This document shows positions 50,897 to 64,000 of a stretch of DNA of 64,000 nt, piece after piece. Position 1 is the stretch's first letter; each line of letters starts with the position of its first letter. Position numbers and translations under genes: made by a program. Source of the DNA: the human T2T-CHM13v2.0 reference genome, Homo sapiens. The stretch is taken from NCBI RefSeq assembly GCF_009914755.1, contig NC_060932.1; one strand, 5' to 3'. A model generated the notes under the pieces. That model was given only the letters and a program-made list of their open reading frames with translations, ran no database searches and was not told the origin of the DNA.

Positions 50897-53592
50897 TATA
50901 ATCTCGCAATTTTTATATTATATCTGTTAATATTTGGGCATAGATCTTTCCAGCATATAGTTCTTTTTCCACAGCAAATATGTATTTTCAAAACTGTTAT
51001 CAGACGTACAGTTTTGTATTATGTTTTTTTCCAGTTAACATATATGAGAAGATAAATGGCTGTATGATATTTAATTGGATCTCTAATGTATTTCATTTAG
51101 ACATTTAGATTGTTTATAATGTTTGCTATTGTAAAGATCATGATGAACATCCTTGTGAGAATCTTATTGCTTTAGGATATATTATCTGGAAATGGGATTG
51201 CTGGGTCGAAAGGTGTGATTTTTTTTTTCCTTTTTTTTTTTTTAATGGCTTATGGTATTTATTGCCAAATCACCATAGAAAGTTGGTGTTGATTTTTCAC
51301 TTCCTCCAATAGTGAATGGGAGTGGCCATTTCCTGACCTCTTGACAATACCTGGCACAATATTCACCATTCAGAAAAATCTTTTCCAGTTATTTGTTTGA
51401 GCACGTTCAAATGTTGGAGCCTTTTTGTGTTCTTTGTCTAGTTTTCTTTGGTGATGCTTTTTTAAATTTATTTGTAGTATCACAGCCCTTTTCCCCTTCT
51501 GAATCATACATTGTAGTGGAGGAATGTTGGAGGGAAGCTCAAAGAAATAATTTGGGTCTGTATTACATGGGAAAGACTTCCTAAATGAAGTGGATTTTTT
51601 TCCTTTTTCTTTTTTCTTTTTTGTTCAAGCAAAGGAAACCAGAGAGTAAGGAAACAAACATTTGAGAATTGCTGTGTTTTAGTTTTCTTATCTGTAAATG
51701 GGAATAATAGTACTTGTCTTTTTATTTAGAGGATTAAATATACATGAATGCTTAGTTTTGGCACATAGTAAGCCTCAGAACATTTAATTGATGTAGTTAT
51801 TTTTCTATCTGATACCCAATTAACAGAATTAACAGTTGATAGCAGAAGAATAAAAGCCTATTCCGGTCCACAAATTGAGATCAACTAGTTTTTGAGGTTT
51901 TGGGCACATTTTAGGCACTTCCAATAAATATACGTTACATTAATGACTAACATTTCAGCTTGGTTGAGTTAGGCATTTGGTAAAACTAGGGAGAGATTAG
52001 TTTCCCAGCTTCATCAGAATTGGGATTAGTTTAGGGTCTGGCACTTTGACTATTAATTTGACTAATTTAAAATTATTGTGCTGAGCCGGGCACGGTGGTG
52101 CAAGCATGTAATCCCAGTTAATTGGGAGGCTGAGGTGAGAGGAGCACTTGAAGCCACGAGTTCAAAGCTGTTGTGCACAGTGATCATGCCTGTGAACAAC
52201 CACTGCACTCCAGTCTGGGCAACGTAGCATGACCCTGTCTCTGAAACAATGAACGAAAAATAATGTGTGACAACAGAAATTCAAGCTTCTTTTTTTCTCT
52301 CTTGTTTTCCCTTTTTTCTCCAGTTCCTCCAGTGTTTTATTCTTCCCTATAATTATATATTCTGCATCTTCCCTCAAGAGTAATATAATTGGGTGGGGTG
52401 GGGTGCACCTAGAACATGCAGGAGGGTCCAAAGCACCCTTCACTATTGGTGTCAGTTTCTCATAGCAGGGAGGGATGGAGTTTGGGAACATCTGAAGGGA
52501 TGGTGTCAGGCACACGGAGGCTCTAAAACACCCTGCTATTGGCTCCCCTTGCTACCTAGGGCAACGTTGTAAATAGCATATTTTTTACATTATAAATATT
52601 TTCTCTTTCTCCTCGTTCTTCTACTCACTTGTTTGTATGATGATCTGAATCTTTTATCAGAGTTTCAAGTAGGCTGACAAATATATTTAGAGCCCTTGGA
52701 AAATTCTCCAGAAGTCTGAAGAGAATAGAAATGGAAAGCAAATGTTATTATACCAGTGAACATGCTTAATTCCCCTCAATTCCTTATTCAGAAGTGTGCT
52801 GTTTTGTTAAAAGAGTTGTATTGGCCTGATAATCAACACTTCTCTAGCTTTATGTGCATGTGAATGTCCTGGGAATCTGGTTAAAATACAGATGATGATG
52901 GTGCATTTAGGTCTTGTGGGGGATCCTGTGATTTTTGCATTTCTGATCAGCTCCCAGTGATGCTGGTGTTGCTGCTGGTGGTCCCCAGACTATACTTTGA
53001 GTGGCAAGGCAGCTTATAGCCTCTCTTTAAGGGTAAGGGAGACCTAGTAGCTTAATTTTTTTACTCAGCATTTTTGACAGAATAAATAGATCTATTGTGC
53101 TGTTCTCACATCAGTTAACATTTCTTCTGTAAATGAATAAAATACCTCTTTGGGAGTTTTGCACTAGCTCTTAAAAGAGCAGATTGCATCATACTGCAAC
53201 ACGTTAGCCATCTCTAGTTGTTACTTTAAATTTGTATTTCAATTTCAAGTTTGGCTCGGTCTAAGACCTTACTATACTTAGCAAAGGTGTGTTTTTTGCT
53301 GGTAATTTGCCCTTAAATTTTTATCTTTGCCATTTTTCTGTTTGCTTCCTTACCCTTGAGGCACCTGTTCATCTCAGATCAGGGCCTCCCTTACCAGCTA
53401 TCTAAGTTTAATGTTGTTTTAGATTGATTTTTATTTTATCCATGTAGCTCATGTATATAGTTTTTAAATAAAAGTCCATATTTCAAAATACTTACAAGGC
53501 AAATGAACAGTTTTCTGTTTCTCTCACCTGTCCTCATCTTGATCCACTTTCCCAAACTCTTTTAGCTATTTCTTCTGGTGTTTATTTTCATA

Positions 53593-53896
<304 letters not shown>

Positions 53897-54061
53897 TATT
53901 TTCATATTTCTAAACTACATGCTCATACAGCTGTTTTTAAAAGCAATCCACAGATGGAAATGGTAGCTAAGAACTGAGGTCCGCTAGGCTCTTCCTACTG
54001 CTCCTCCCAGCTTTCTTGGTGTTGTTACACTGTGTTGATTGTTTAAGCCAGTGTTCACAGT

Positions 54062-54519
54062 TGTAGTAGACTGGATAATGGTCCCCGAAAGAAATCTGCG
54101 TCCTAATCTCTGGAACCTGTGACTGTTACCTTATATGGCAAAAGGACTTGCAGATGTGAGTAAATCAAGGATTTTTGAGATAGGGAGATCATCCTAGGTT
54201 ATCCTGGTAGGCTGTAAATATGTAAGCACAAGGATGCTATAAAAGGGAGGCAAGAAAATCAAAGGAGGAAGCAAGAGATAGGAGTGATTGCAAGGAAAGG
54301 GTCACAAGCCAAGAAATGCAGGTGGCCTCCAGAAGCGAGGAAAGGCAAGAAAATGGATTCTCCCCTTAAAGCTTCTAGAAGGAACCAGCCCAGCTGACAA
54401 CTTCACCTTAGCCCAGTGAAACTGTTTTTTGACTTTAACTGTAAGAGAAAAAAATTAATGGTGTTTTAAGCCACCGAATTTGCAGTAATTTGTTACAGCA
54501 GCCATAGGAAACTCACGCA
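54062..54519 (+). mobile_element. MLT1C/D-like MaLR solo LTR
   Basis: TGTAGTAG...CCTAATCTCTGGAACCTGTGACTGTTACCTTATATGGCAAAAGG...TTTGTTACAGCAGCCATAGGAAACT...CA. Confidence 0.85.
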
Positions 54520-56562
54520 GGAGTGGACATTGTACATACGGGCTGTATAATAAATTCTGATTTTTTTCTATTATTGTTTTCTTTAGAGTTAAAAATTACC
54601 TTATTCATTTGGCTTTTAATCTCCCATCACTGTTTTCTTTCTGCACCTTCAAAAGCCTTCTAATGTAATTTTCCACATGATCAAGAAGAATCAGTTTATG
54701 TTCTTCCTGGAGTTCTCCATCATGTTTCAGTCTGGAGTACTTCGTTTCGTTTTCTGTGAATCTGTCACTAAATCATCTTCAAATCCTCTGCAGAGACTGA
54801 ATCCCCTCCTAGTATATTGAAGCACATCAGATGTTGTATCAGTTTTACTTTTGCCTTAAGCTCTATCCCTCCAACCCGCGTGCTTCAATCTGGGCAGTTT
54901 CTAAGCCTGGTGCACAGCTGTTGTCCTGGGATTTTCCTTCATCATTATCATTGTGATCATCATCATCGTGGGAATTCTTTTGCCTCTGCTGTGTTGGAGC
55001 TCCTTGTTCTTGGATCTCACATCTTTTTCTTTCTTGTTTTATGCTATTATTTTGGGATGGTGCACAGTATCCAGTGCTTTATGGGAAAGGTTTCATAGGA
55101 GGTAAAATTTTTGAGATCTTGCCTGCCTGGAAGAGATGTCTTTATTCTACTTCCACACTTTCAAGTTTGGCTGGTTAACATTTTCCGTTAGAATTTGGGA
55201 GGTGTTTCTTTTGTCTGTTAGCTTCCGGTGTTACATTTGAGAACACTAATGCCATTCTGTTTACTGATTTTTCCTTTCTGGATGATGTGCTTTGGTGTGG
55301 GTCTTTTTCATTAATTGGACTCGTACTCATTGGACCCTTGCAGCTTGTAGATTCATTTCCTTCTGTTTTTTCCTTCTCTGTTTCATTTGTTCTTTCTGGA
55401 ACTTATCTGGATCTTGGACTTTTTGTACTGGTCCTCTTTTTTTTTCCCTTCCCCCCCCCCCCCCAACTATTTTCCATTTCCTTTTTGCTTTACATTCTGG
55501 GGGAGTTCCTCAGTTTTGTTCTCAACTCTTTCATTTATTTTTACCATTGCATTTTTAAGAGCTCTTTTGCTCTTTGGAAATAATGTTGGTGGTGGTAGTT
55601 TTAAGCAGCCCCGGTTTTATAAATGGAGTATCTTGTCTTTGAGAAGATTAATAGTTTTTTGGGTTTCTTTTCATTTTCTAATCTGAGCATCTATTTCCTT
55701 TGAGTTTCTTTTTTCTTATTCATATTGGTAGACTGGTATCTGGGAATCCTTGGTTGTCTGTTAGTTCTTAAGAATGAGGTAGTAAGAGTAAATTAGGAGC
55801 TTTGTGTCCACTGGCAGAGATATTCGGCTGGTGGGCTTCACTGTAGGGTGATGAGCCAGGGACCCGCAGTCAGTATCTCTAGATGAGAAGGAACTTCTAG
55901 TGTCTTATCTCAGTGGGAGGTGGGTAAGTGGGATGGGTCACATCTTAAGCCTGGCTGCTGACATTCTGGGAGCCAGGAAGATCACCGAGCAACTCATGGA
56001 TTACTATGCAGCCTTTCATTTAATCTTGTTTTTAATTTGACGCCTCACCACCAGCTTCCTCTCAAATTGATACCTTCTCAAGGTCAGGTTCAGTTTCTCC
56101 AGAAGGTAAATGTGTTCTCTATTTTAGAGTCTAGCTTCTCTGTGTCTTGCATAGATGTTTCAACCAATAGCTGTTTTGAGTCTCATGCTTCACTGCAGCC
56201 CTGCAAGGTACCTGGTGCTTCTGTGTCCTGACTTGACAACCCCTTTTGCATGCTCAGAGGTTTCACTTTATTTTGCTGAGTTTTCTATTTTTCAGCACAT
56301 TGGTTGTTACCTTCCTTCTGCTGTTGCCTTGCGTTTTCTTTGTTCTTATTTTAGACTGTTTTTATTAGTTTACCGTCATTTTAGTGGGTTTAGAAGATAA
56401 ATGCGTGTTTTACATCTACATGTTTAACAAGTGTATCAAAATGTTTATAGTTTCTTTTCATTCATGTCTAGAACACTTGGTAATCACTTTCTATGCAATA
56501 GAAAAGGGGAATTCACAGAATTTATATAAAAGTAGATTTGTTTTCTTAAATCTAAATTCTGA

Positions 56563-56867
<305 letters not shown>

Positions 56868-57139
56868 TTGTGTACTGTTTTTAATGGCCTTTTCTTTCTT
56901 CAATTAATAGCAAAAAAATGATACAAATTAAAATAGCTTTTGTCTAAGATACTAACCTGCATTTTTAGACCTAAATTTCAGGCATGAAGCAGTCAGCCAA
57001 AAGCCGTGAGGTTTTAAAGAACTTAATATATCAGAGAAAACTTCAGCTTTCTTAGATAAAAATCAGTTTATATTTTTTTACTCCTGAAATAATTTAAATT
57101 AACACATATATTTGTCTTAGAATGAAGACATTTGTCAAA

Positions 57140-57478
57140 GACCTTTTGGGCTGCTGTTAACAGAATAGTACAGACTGGGTGGCTTACAAACAAACAACAG
57201 ACATTTATTTCTCACAGTTCTGAAGGCTGGGAAGTCCTAGATCAAGGCAACTGCAGATCTGGTGAGGACCTACTTTCTGGTTCAGAGACAACTGTGTCTT
57301 GACATGATAGAAGGGACAAGGGCTTTCTCTTAGGTCTCTTTTATAGGGACACACTAATCGCATTCATGAGGGCTCCACCCTTATTACCGGATCACCTGCC
57401 AAAGACCTCCCTTCCAAATACATCATATTAGGTTTCAACATGTGAATTTTGTGGGGGATGAACATTTAGTCCATAGCA
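57140..57478 (-). mobile_element. MLT1A-like MaLR solo LTR
   Basis: ATTTATTTCTCACAGTTCTG...GGGAAGTCC core; ends AACATTTAGTCCATAGCA; similar to 17190-17569. Confidence 0.85.
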
Positions 57479-59414
57479 ACATAAAGTAGAACATAAGATT
57501 ATAGTCAGTTACTGATTGCAGGGCAACTAAAATACCAGTTTTCCATTGGGAAGATGATTTGTCTTGAAACTAAGACAAAGGATTAAGAGAGTAATGGCTT
57601 TCTTTGTTTTCCATCAGGAATACTCGCCTGTTACTAGTAGTACAACATTTGTATCGTAGGTTTAGTACTGTGCTCCCTCTGCCTACCCCAGAGGTCATTC
57701 CTGTCATTCTCCCCTTGCTCACTAGTAGGTCCAGCCACAGGAGCTTTCTTGAGGGCTTTGAACTTGCCCCTTTTATTCTGAAATAGACCTTCCTTCATAA
57801 TCTTGACTACCCTGTGTAAATTAACTCATTTCCATTCCAACCCCAAAAGAGATGTACATTTAATGTTATCTGTTTTTAAAATATCTTTACTATTATTTGA
57901 AATGATGTTACTTATTGTTTGCTTGCTTATTGTATGTAGGCTTCTTTCTCTCCAGTTTGTGAGTTTCACGTATGAGGAAATCCTGATTTTTTTGTTCTGT
58001 GATTTTCATTCTTAGCATCTGTAACATTTTTAGGCACAGGACAGTATCTGGCATTTAGTGGGCATTTGTTGAATGGATAGATAAATTCTGCAATATGTCA
58101 TCTCATTTTAAAATATATGATAACTTCAGTTGTTTATTTTACTAAATGTACACTTTGTTGTTTAAAATAGGGAAATGAAATAAGCTAAAAATTAGTAGCA
58201 CTTCCCAGTTTTTTGAACCAGTAAAAGGAGACCCAGACAAATCCCCACAGTCACACAAGCTAGTATATGTATTATTGACCAAACTACTTTAAAGACCCAC
58301 ATACACAGTGGTTCAAAAAATTAGCTTGTTTCTCTCTCACGTGACCATTGGTGGCAGAGAGGGATCTGAAGTGGATAAGCTGGTTTTGCCAGAGATTACC
58401 CAGGATTGCAGGTTTGTTCTGCTCAGGGTCTAGGTGTATTGCTCTTGTGTGCACGGTCAGATCTGGCTCAAATCTGTGTTCTATCTAGCCCATGGGGGAG
58501 AAAAGAGAGAGAAGGGCAAGTAGCTACCTTTTAATGATGTGACAGAAATTTTATTCATAACCTATTGTTTAGAACTTGGTATTAGAGAAACATGCAGCCT
58601 CTAATTTCCTGTTAAAACTCTGTGTGTATGTGGTTTTTTGGGTTCTGAGAGTGAAGGTGCCAGGATGTGCCATTACTAAAGGAGAAAGGGGGAAATGGCC
58701 ACTCTTAGGGACGATTAGTCTCTGCTACAGCTACTAATTCTTAGAACTTTTACTCAGGACTTTGTTCATTCCTCTTTCCTTCCTCCTTCCAGTGTTACTG
58801 TAAAAGCCTTATAGGATCCTAATTCAAATAGTTTAATATTTTTTATGACATGAAACAATTGGAAATTTGAACAGTTACTGGATATTTCATACTAAGGAAG
58901 TGCTTTTGATTTTTTCAAGGTACGGTAATGGTGTTTGATTATATTGAAAATGGTGGTCTTTTATAAATCTTTCCTGAAATATTTATGGGTGAAATAATTT
59001 GATGTCTGGGATGTACATGAAATAATGTGGCATGGGTTTATAGATGAAACAAGATTGTCTATGAATGTATAATTGTGGAAGCTCTGTGATAGGTACACAG
59101 GAATTCATATGATGCTCTTCTGCCTACTTTTGTATATGATTGAAATACTCTGTAGTGAAACTTTTAAAATACCAGTTTATACTGATACCTCCAATTTAAA
59201 TTGATACCGCAGGGTTATTCCTTACTTCCCTCATTCTATATTTATGTCTTTTGGCTCTCACAGTGAGAACCTTAGTTCCCAGCCCTGTAACTATTTTTTG
59301 TCAGAATATAAAGATAGACAGAACCTGGATATTTGATAACATTAAGCCAATGAATTAACTAGCCCTGGGTTTACTTGCCATGCCTTGGGACTTTTTATGT
59401 GGGATGACAATCTT

Positions 59415-60580
59415 TTTATTGTGGTAAAATACACATAAGGTTTACCATTTTAAAGTGTATAGTTCAGTGTCATTAAGTGCATACAAATCTGTTGTGCAGC
59501 CATCGCCACCATCCATATCCAGGACTCTTTTCATCTTCCCAAACTAAAACTTTATACCCATTAAAACATTAACTCCTCATTCCTGTCTCCCCAGCACCTA
59601 GCAACCCCCATTCTACTTTGTGTCTCTATGAATTTGACTCCTAGATGTTTCATATTGGTGGAATCCTACAGTATTTGTCTTTTGTGACTGTTATAGCGTA
59701 TGTCAGAATTTTCTTTCTTAAGGCTGCATAATCTTATGTATGTACCACATTTTGTTTGTTCACTCATCTCTTGATGGACATTTGGATTGCTTTCACCTTT
59801 TGGCTATTTCAATAGTGTTGCTATGAACACTGATCTTCAAGTATCTGTTCAAGTCCCTGCTTTGAATTATTTTTGGTATATACCTAAGAAGTGCAGCTAG
59901 TGTATCATATAGTAATTCTGTGTTTAACTTTTTAGGAACAATCATACTGTTTTCCATAGTGGCAGCACCATTTTACATTTTCACCAGCAATACGCAAGGG
60001 TTTTAATTTCTCATTAACACTTTCTACTTTTTTTATAAGAATTTTATACTTCTAGGTCTTTAGCCCTTTGATCCACTTTGAGCTAATTTTTAGTATGATG
60101 TAAAGCAAGGGTCCATTTTTTTTTCTTTTGTGTGTGGATATCCAGTTTTCCTAACTCTCATGTTTTGAAAAGACTGTACTTTTCCCCATTCGTTGGTCTT
60201 GGCAGCCTTGTCCAAAATCATTTGACCATATGTGCAGGGGTTTACTTCTGAGCTCTCTATTCCATTGATAGAACCCATTAGGGTGGATTTTTTTTTATTT
60301 ATACAAAAAGTGCTTTAGGGATTTTGTTAGGAATTAAATCTTCCAATCCATGAACATGGAATGTCTTTTCATTTATTTATGTCTTTAATTTATTTTAGCA
60401 GTGTTTTGTAGTTTTCAGTGTAAAAGTCTTTTGTCTCCTTGGATGAATTTATTCCTTAGTATTTTATTCATTTTGATGCTACTGTGAATGGAATTGTTCT
60501 CTTAAGTTCCTTTTTGGGTTGTTCATTGGTAGTGTGTAGAAACAACTGATTTTTGTGTGATTTTGTGTCCTGTATCTTTG
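59415..60580 (-). mobile_element. L1M 3' UTR plus ORF2-end fragments
   Basis: TTATTGTGGTAAAATACACATAA start; minus-strand ORF 60090-60278 (YGQMILDKAAK...WGK) resembles the L1 ORF2 C-terminus. Confidence 0.8.
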
Positions 60581-61930
60581 CCAAGGTAAGTGATTTTATT
60601 CCCTAAGTGCCGTGCTAAAATGTTTGTAAATCACCTTTCTTTCAACACCTCACCTGGAAATCTGGTGAGATCAGGTTTGACCCTTAGGCACTGTGCCTTA
60701 CATGTGCTGTACAGGATAGCTACCTGTGTTGGTTATATCCTGTACAGCCATATGTGGTAGACGTTATGTGGGTGTCAACTCTCTTGTTCTCTTGAGTATT
60801 CATCAGCAGAAGACGAAAAAGCAGAATCCTGGTTATTTGGCAAACTCTACATGTTGTACTCCAAGGTGTCAGATCAGCAAATACGTTGCTGCCTGATTCA
60901 GTTTTGGTTGATTCTTCCCCTCCGATATCATTAATATTCTCAGGAGATAGAGTGAATAAGCTATTGGGAGAGGGTAAAAGAGATACATGATGTAGGGAAC
61001 GTTTTTTTAATTGTTAAACCAGAAGTGGGTATTTTGGTTTGTGAGTTAAAATACTGCTGGTATTCTAACTTACGATTAGTCTTTAAGTATTATGTATATT
61101 CCACAGTGCCAGGTGCCCACTGCTGGGCATGCAGTTGTAGGTACTTCTTTATAACTCTGGCTAGTTTATCCTGTCTGTGCAATTAGTTCATACTGCTGAG
61201 CAGCTGTGTCTCCCTGCCTTTTACAATTGTAGGTATATTGTTAGTGTTGCTGTGCTCACTAAGTTTTGTGATGTTTTAAACGGAACCAAGTTTGGTGGTA
61301 TTATTATTATTTTTTTAAAAGAAAGCAGTTACTTAAATTAACATGGTAGAAAATATCCTGGGGATTGATGGTGTAGATTAAAAATCTTTGTTTTATCCAA
61401 CAATAGAATTGAATTATATGGCTAGGAACACCAGCAAGCACTTCCTGTCACAGTTATCGAAACAGTCTTTTAAAGAATGTCTAGAGGGCCTTACTTAAAC
61501 AAATAGCTTGTCTTGACTTTGGGAGGAGGATGGTTACCTAAGCCCATGTGTTAAAACAGACAGATGACACACTGAAATGACCAACGAGCATAATAAGGAG
61601 AATTCAGTATCCTTGGAAACCCTGGAACGGTGCCATAACTAAACTAAAAAAATTTTAGCAGGAAACAGTACAAACAAGAAACATCGTGAGAGAAGGCCTT
61701 AGTGTTCATTTCTGTGGTTGTGAAGCGCTAGTAGGAGTAAGTGACAGGACCTACTTTGAATAGCCAGAGTTAGAATTGAAGGGGGAGCCACTGGACAATT
61801 GGTTCATGTATTCTGTACTTTGAAACTGGGATTGAAAACTAAATGGCTCTTACCAAGAGAAATGTGACCAGAGAAATGTGACCTGAGAGAGAAGCACAAA
61901 GTTGAAACTCTGCCCCCAGGCTGCCTTCTT

Positions 61931-62430
61931 TGTCAGGCAGCCGCTTAAGGTGGCCCCAGTGATCCCTGGCTTCTGGTATTTATGTCTCTGTGTAACCTTG
62001 TCCCTTTGAGTGTTTCTGGACCTCTCGTGACTTGCTTCCACAAGTGGGGCAAGATGCTGGGATGCTGCTTCAGAGGTTAGGTTACAGAAAGGTTTTGGCA
62101 TCCATGTTGGGCTGCCCTATTTCACTTGCTGAGGGAAGCCAGCTACCATGTTTGTGTGGTTCCCTGTGGAGCTCACATGTCAAGGATCTGTTGTCTCTGG
62201 CCAACAGCTGGCGACCTGACACCTGTCAGCAGCCAGGCGCACGAGCTTGGAAGTAGATCTCCTCCTCCAGTCAGGCTTTCGGATACCTGCAACTTTGTGA
62301 GAGACCTTGAACGCAAGGCCCCCTGGCTAAGTCACACCTAGATTCCTGACCTGTTATGAGATAATAAGTGTTTGTTGTTTTAAGCTGCTACCTTTGGGAC
62401 AATTTTTAAGGCAGCAATAGAGAACTTATA
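61931..62430 (+). mobile_element. MLT1F/G-like MaLR solo LTR
   Basis: TGTCAGGCAGCC...AAGGTGGCCCCAGTGATCCC start; TGTTGTTTTAAGCTGCTA...GCAGCAATAG end. Confidence 0.75.
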
Positions 62431-62869
62431 TAGGAAGTAACAATGTCAACATTTCCCCTCCTCGGTCTAAGATTTGAACTTGGTTCTAATGTGTTTTCTG
62501 GTTGAACCCAACACAGTACCCAATATTACATAAACACAGGCCCTTTTCTTTAAAGATACATACAGAGAATGATAGACACATCCAGATTCAGTAGGTACTG
62601 TAAAAGAAGTTGACCAGTATGAGCAGTAACTTCCTATGAAATAGACTTAGTGCAGGAAACAAGAGAAACTGTTGAAGTTTAAAGAGCAGCTAATTAGTTG
62701 CTCTGGGAGACTGATGAGAATTTGAAAGAATCAGAGAGCAGGAAGGAGTTCTTAAGTGAAATTTGTGACTCTCTGGAGTCAAGTAGCAGCAGGGTTTTAG
62801 AAATATTCCCTCAATACAATGGGAAAAAGAAGTTGAAAATTGTAACAAAAATATAAGGAACATAGCATT

Positions 62870-63002
62870 TGTTTTCGTTGATTTTCTCAGTTGCATTGTG
62901 CACGTTTCAGGTGCTCAGTAGCTGTGTGTGACTAGTGGCTACTGTACTAGACAGTGCAGAATAGAACATTTCTATCGTAGGAAGTTTTGATGGACAGTGC
63001 TG
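62870..63002. mobile_element. MER3-like hAT-Charlie fragment
   Basis: GTGCTCAGTAGC...TAGTGGCTACTGTACTAGACAGTGCAG...GGACAGTGCTG. Confidence 0.65.
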
Positions 63003-63814
63003 TGGTAGAGTGTCTTCCAGAGAACTCTGAGGAAAAAACTATGATAAACTAAGAATCCTAAATTGATGAAGTTATCCTTTACATAGGCAGTGCAACAAGA
63101 TGGCTTTTTATAGGTGTGCAGGAACTCAAAGTATATCACTCGACTACTTGGGAAAAAAAAAAAGACTTAACTACACCCAGCTGAGTAGTTAGCATCTCAG
63201 AAGCATGATAAGTCAACTTCAGCATTGTTTAACTCTGTATCCTGTTTCCCAGAACAACCCAAAACTTACATATAAAAGTAGGGGAAAATCTTCATCTTTG
63301 ACAGCTATTAAGAGGATGCCCTTCTTAAGCCAAACTTCAGACCGTCAGAACGGTGGTTTCAACTTAGTTCAATTCCAGAGCTTCCCCTCTCCTTTTGACG
63401 ATAAATAAAGCCACAGGAAGCAGCAGTTTTTAAAGACATTAATCCATTGAAACCACTTTTGCTGAAATCACTAAAAAGTCTCCAAGTCACCAAAACCAAG
63501 TTTCATTCTCAGCCCTCTCTTGATCTTTAAGTACCTTTGGATGCAATTCATCACTGCCTCCTTTTAAAAACACGGTCTTTGCCTAGCTTCCAGAAAACTT
63601 CTTCCTACTCACTAGTAGTTCCTGTGCAGTCTCCTTTTTTACCTGGTCTCCAGGCTTAATCCTTAGCCCAGACCTCTGGCTTTCTTTATCTATACTTATT
63701 CACTAGGAAATCACATTTAAGTGTCATGTGACTTTAAATGTTTTCTCTGAGCTGATGATACCCTAATTATATCTCCTTTTCCCTAATCTGCTGTCAGATC
63801 AATCTAGCTGACTA

Positions 63815-64000
63815 TGTAGAAAACACACACACAGTTTCTTGCACAACACTTCTGATAACATATATTCATCTGTAAGTTTTTCTCTGTACATCAAGCAAGC
63901 AATCAGTTTTGCAGCAGACACCAGCTGGGTGTCCCCCCATTCAGTTCCAACACTGTCTACCTGGAAATAGCATCATATTCCCCAGGTTGAGGGGGCTCGG
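63815..64000 (-). mobile_element. MER21-like ERV LTR (truncated by the window edge)
   Basis: CACTTCTGATA...GACACCAGCTGGGTGTCC...CACTGTCTACCTGGA...AGGTTGAGGG. Confidence 0.7.

Overview
Primate genomic DNA, almost certainly human, carrying the 5' end of PPP2R2A (PP2A regulatory subunit B55-alpha; chromosome 8p from recall) on the + strand. It contains the CpG-island promoter (~31.1-32.05 kb), coding exon 1 (ATGGCAG, 31727-31733), an alternative first coding exon (MFPKFSLRSMFH, 33154-33190), exon 2 (33573-33647) and the first ~30 kb of intron 2. I did not find exon 3 in the window. The remainder is ~31 kb of upstream DNA plus intron, dense in Alus, LTRs (ERV1/MER4, MaLR), DNA transposons (Tigger1, Charlie1, MERs) and old LINEs. 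Nearly all entries in the ORF track are Alu or low-complexity artefacts. The most unusual observations are: (i) three independent non-Alu inverted local duplications upstream of the gene (2-566/1873-2124; a hairpin at 16901-17007; a three-copy cluster at 24236-25808), suggestive of replication template switching; (ii) a GTG-initiated Ala-rich upstream ORF in frame with PPP2R2A and separated from it by a single TAG; (iii) extra splice and uORF signals around the two first exons; (iv) a G-rich 32-33 bp VNTR 4 kb upstream of the promoter; (v) three tightly packed alternating Alus in intron 2. I see no convincing evidence of a wholly new gene system. Repeat family names are from recalled consensus sequences and repeat boundaries are approximate.
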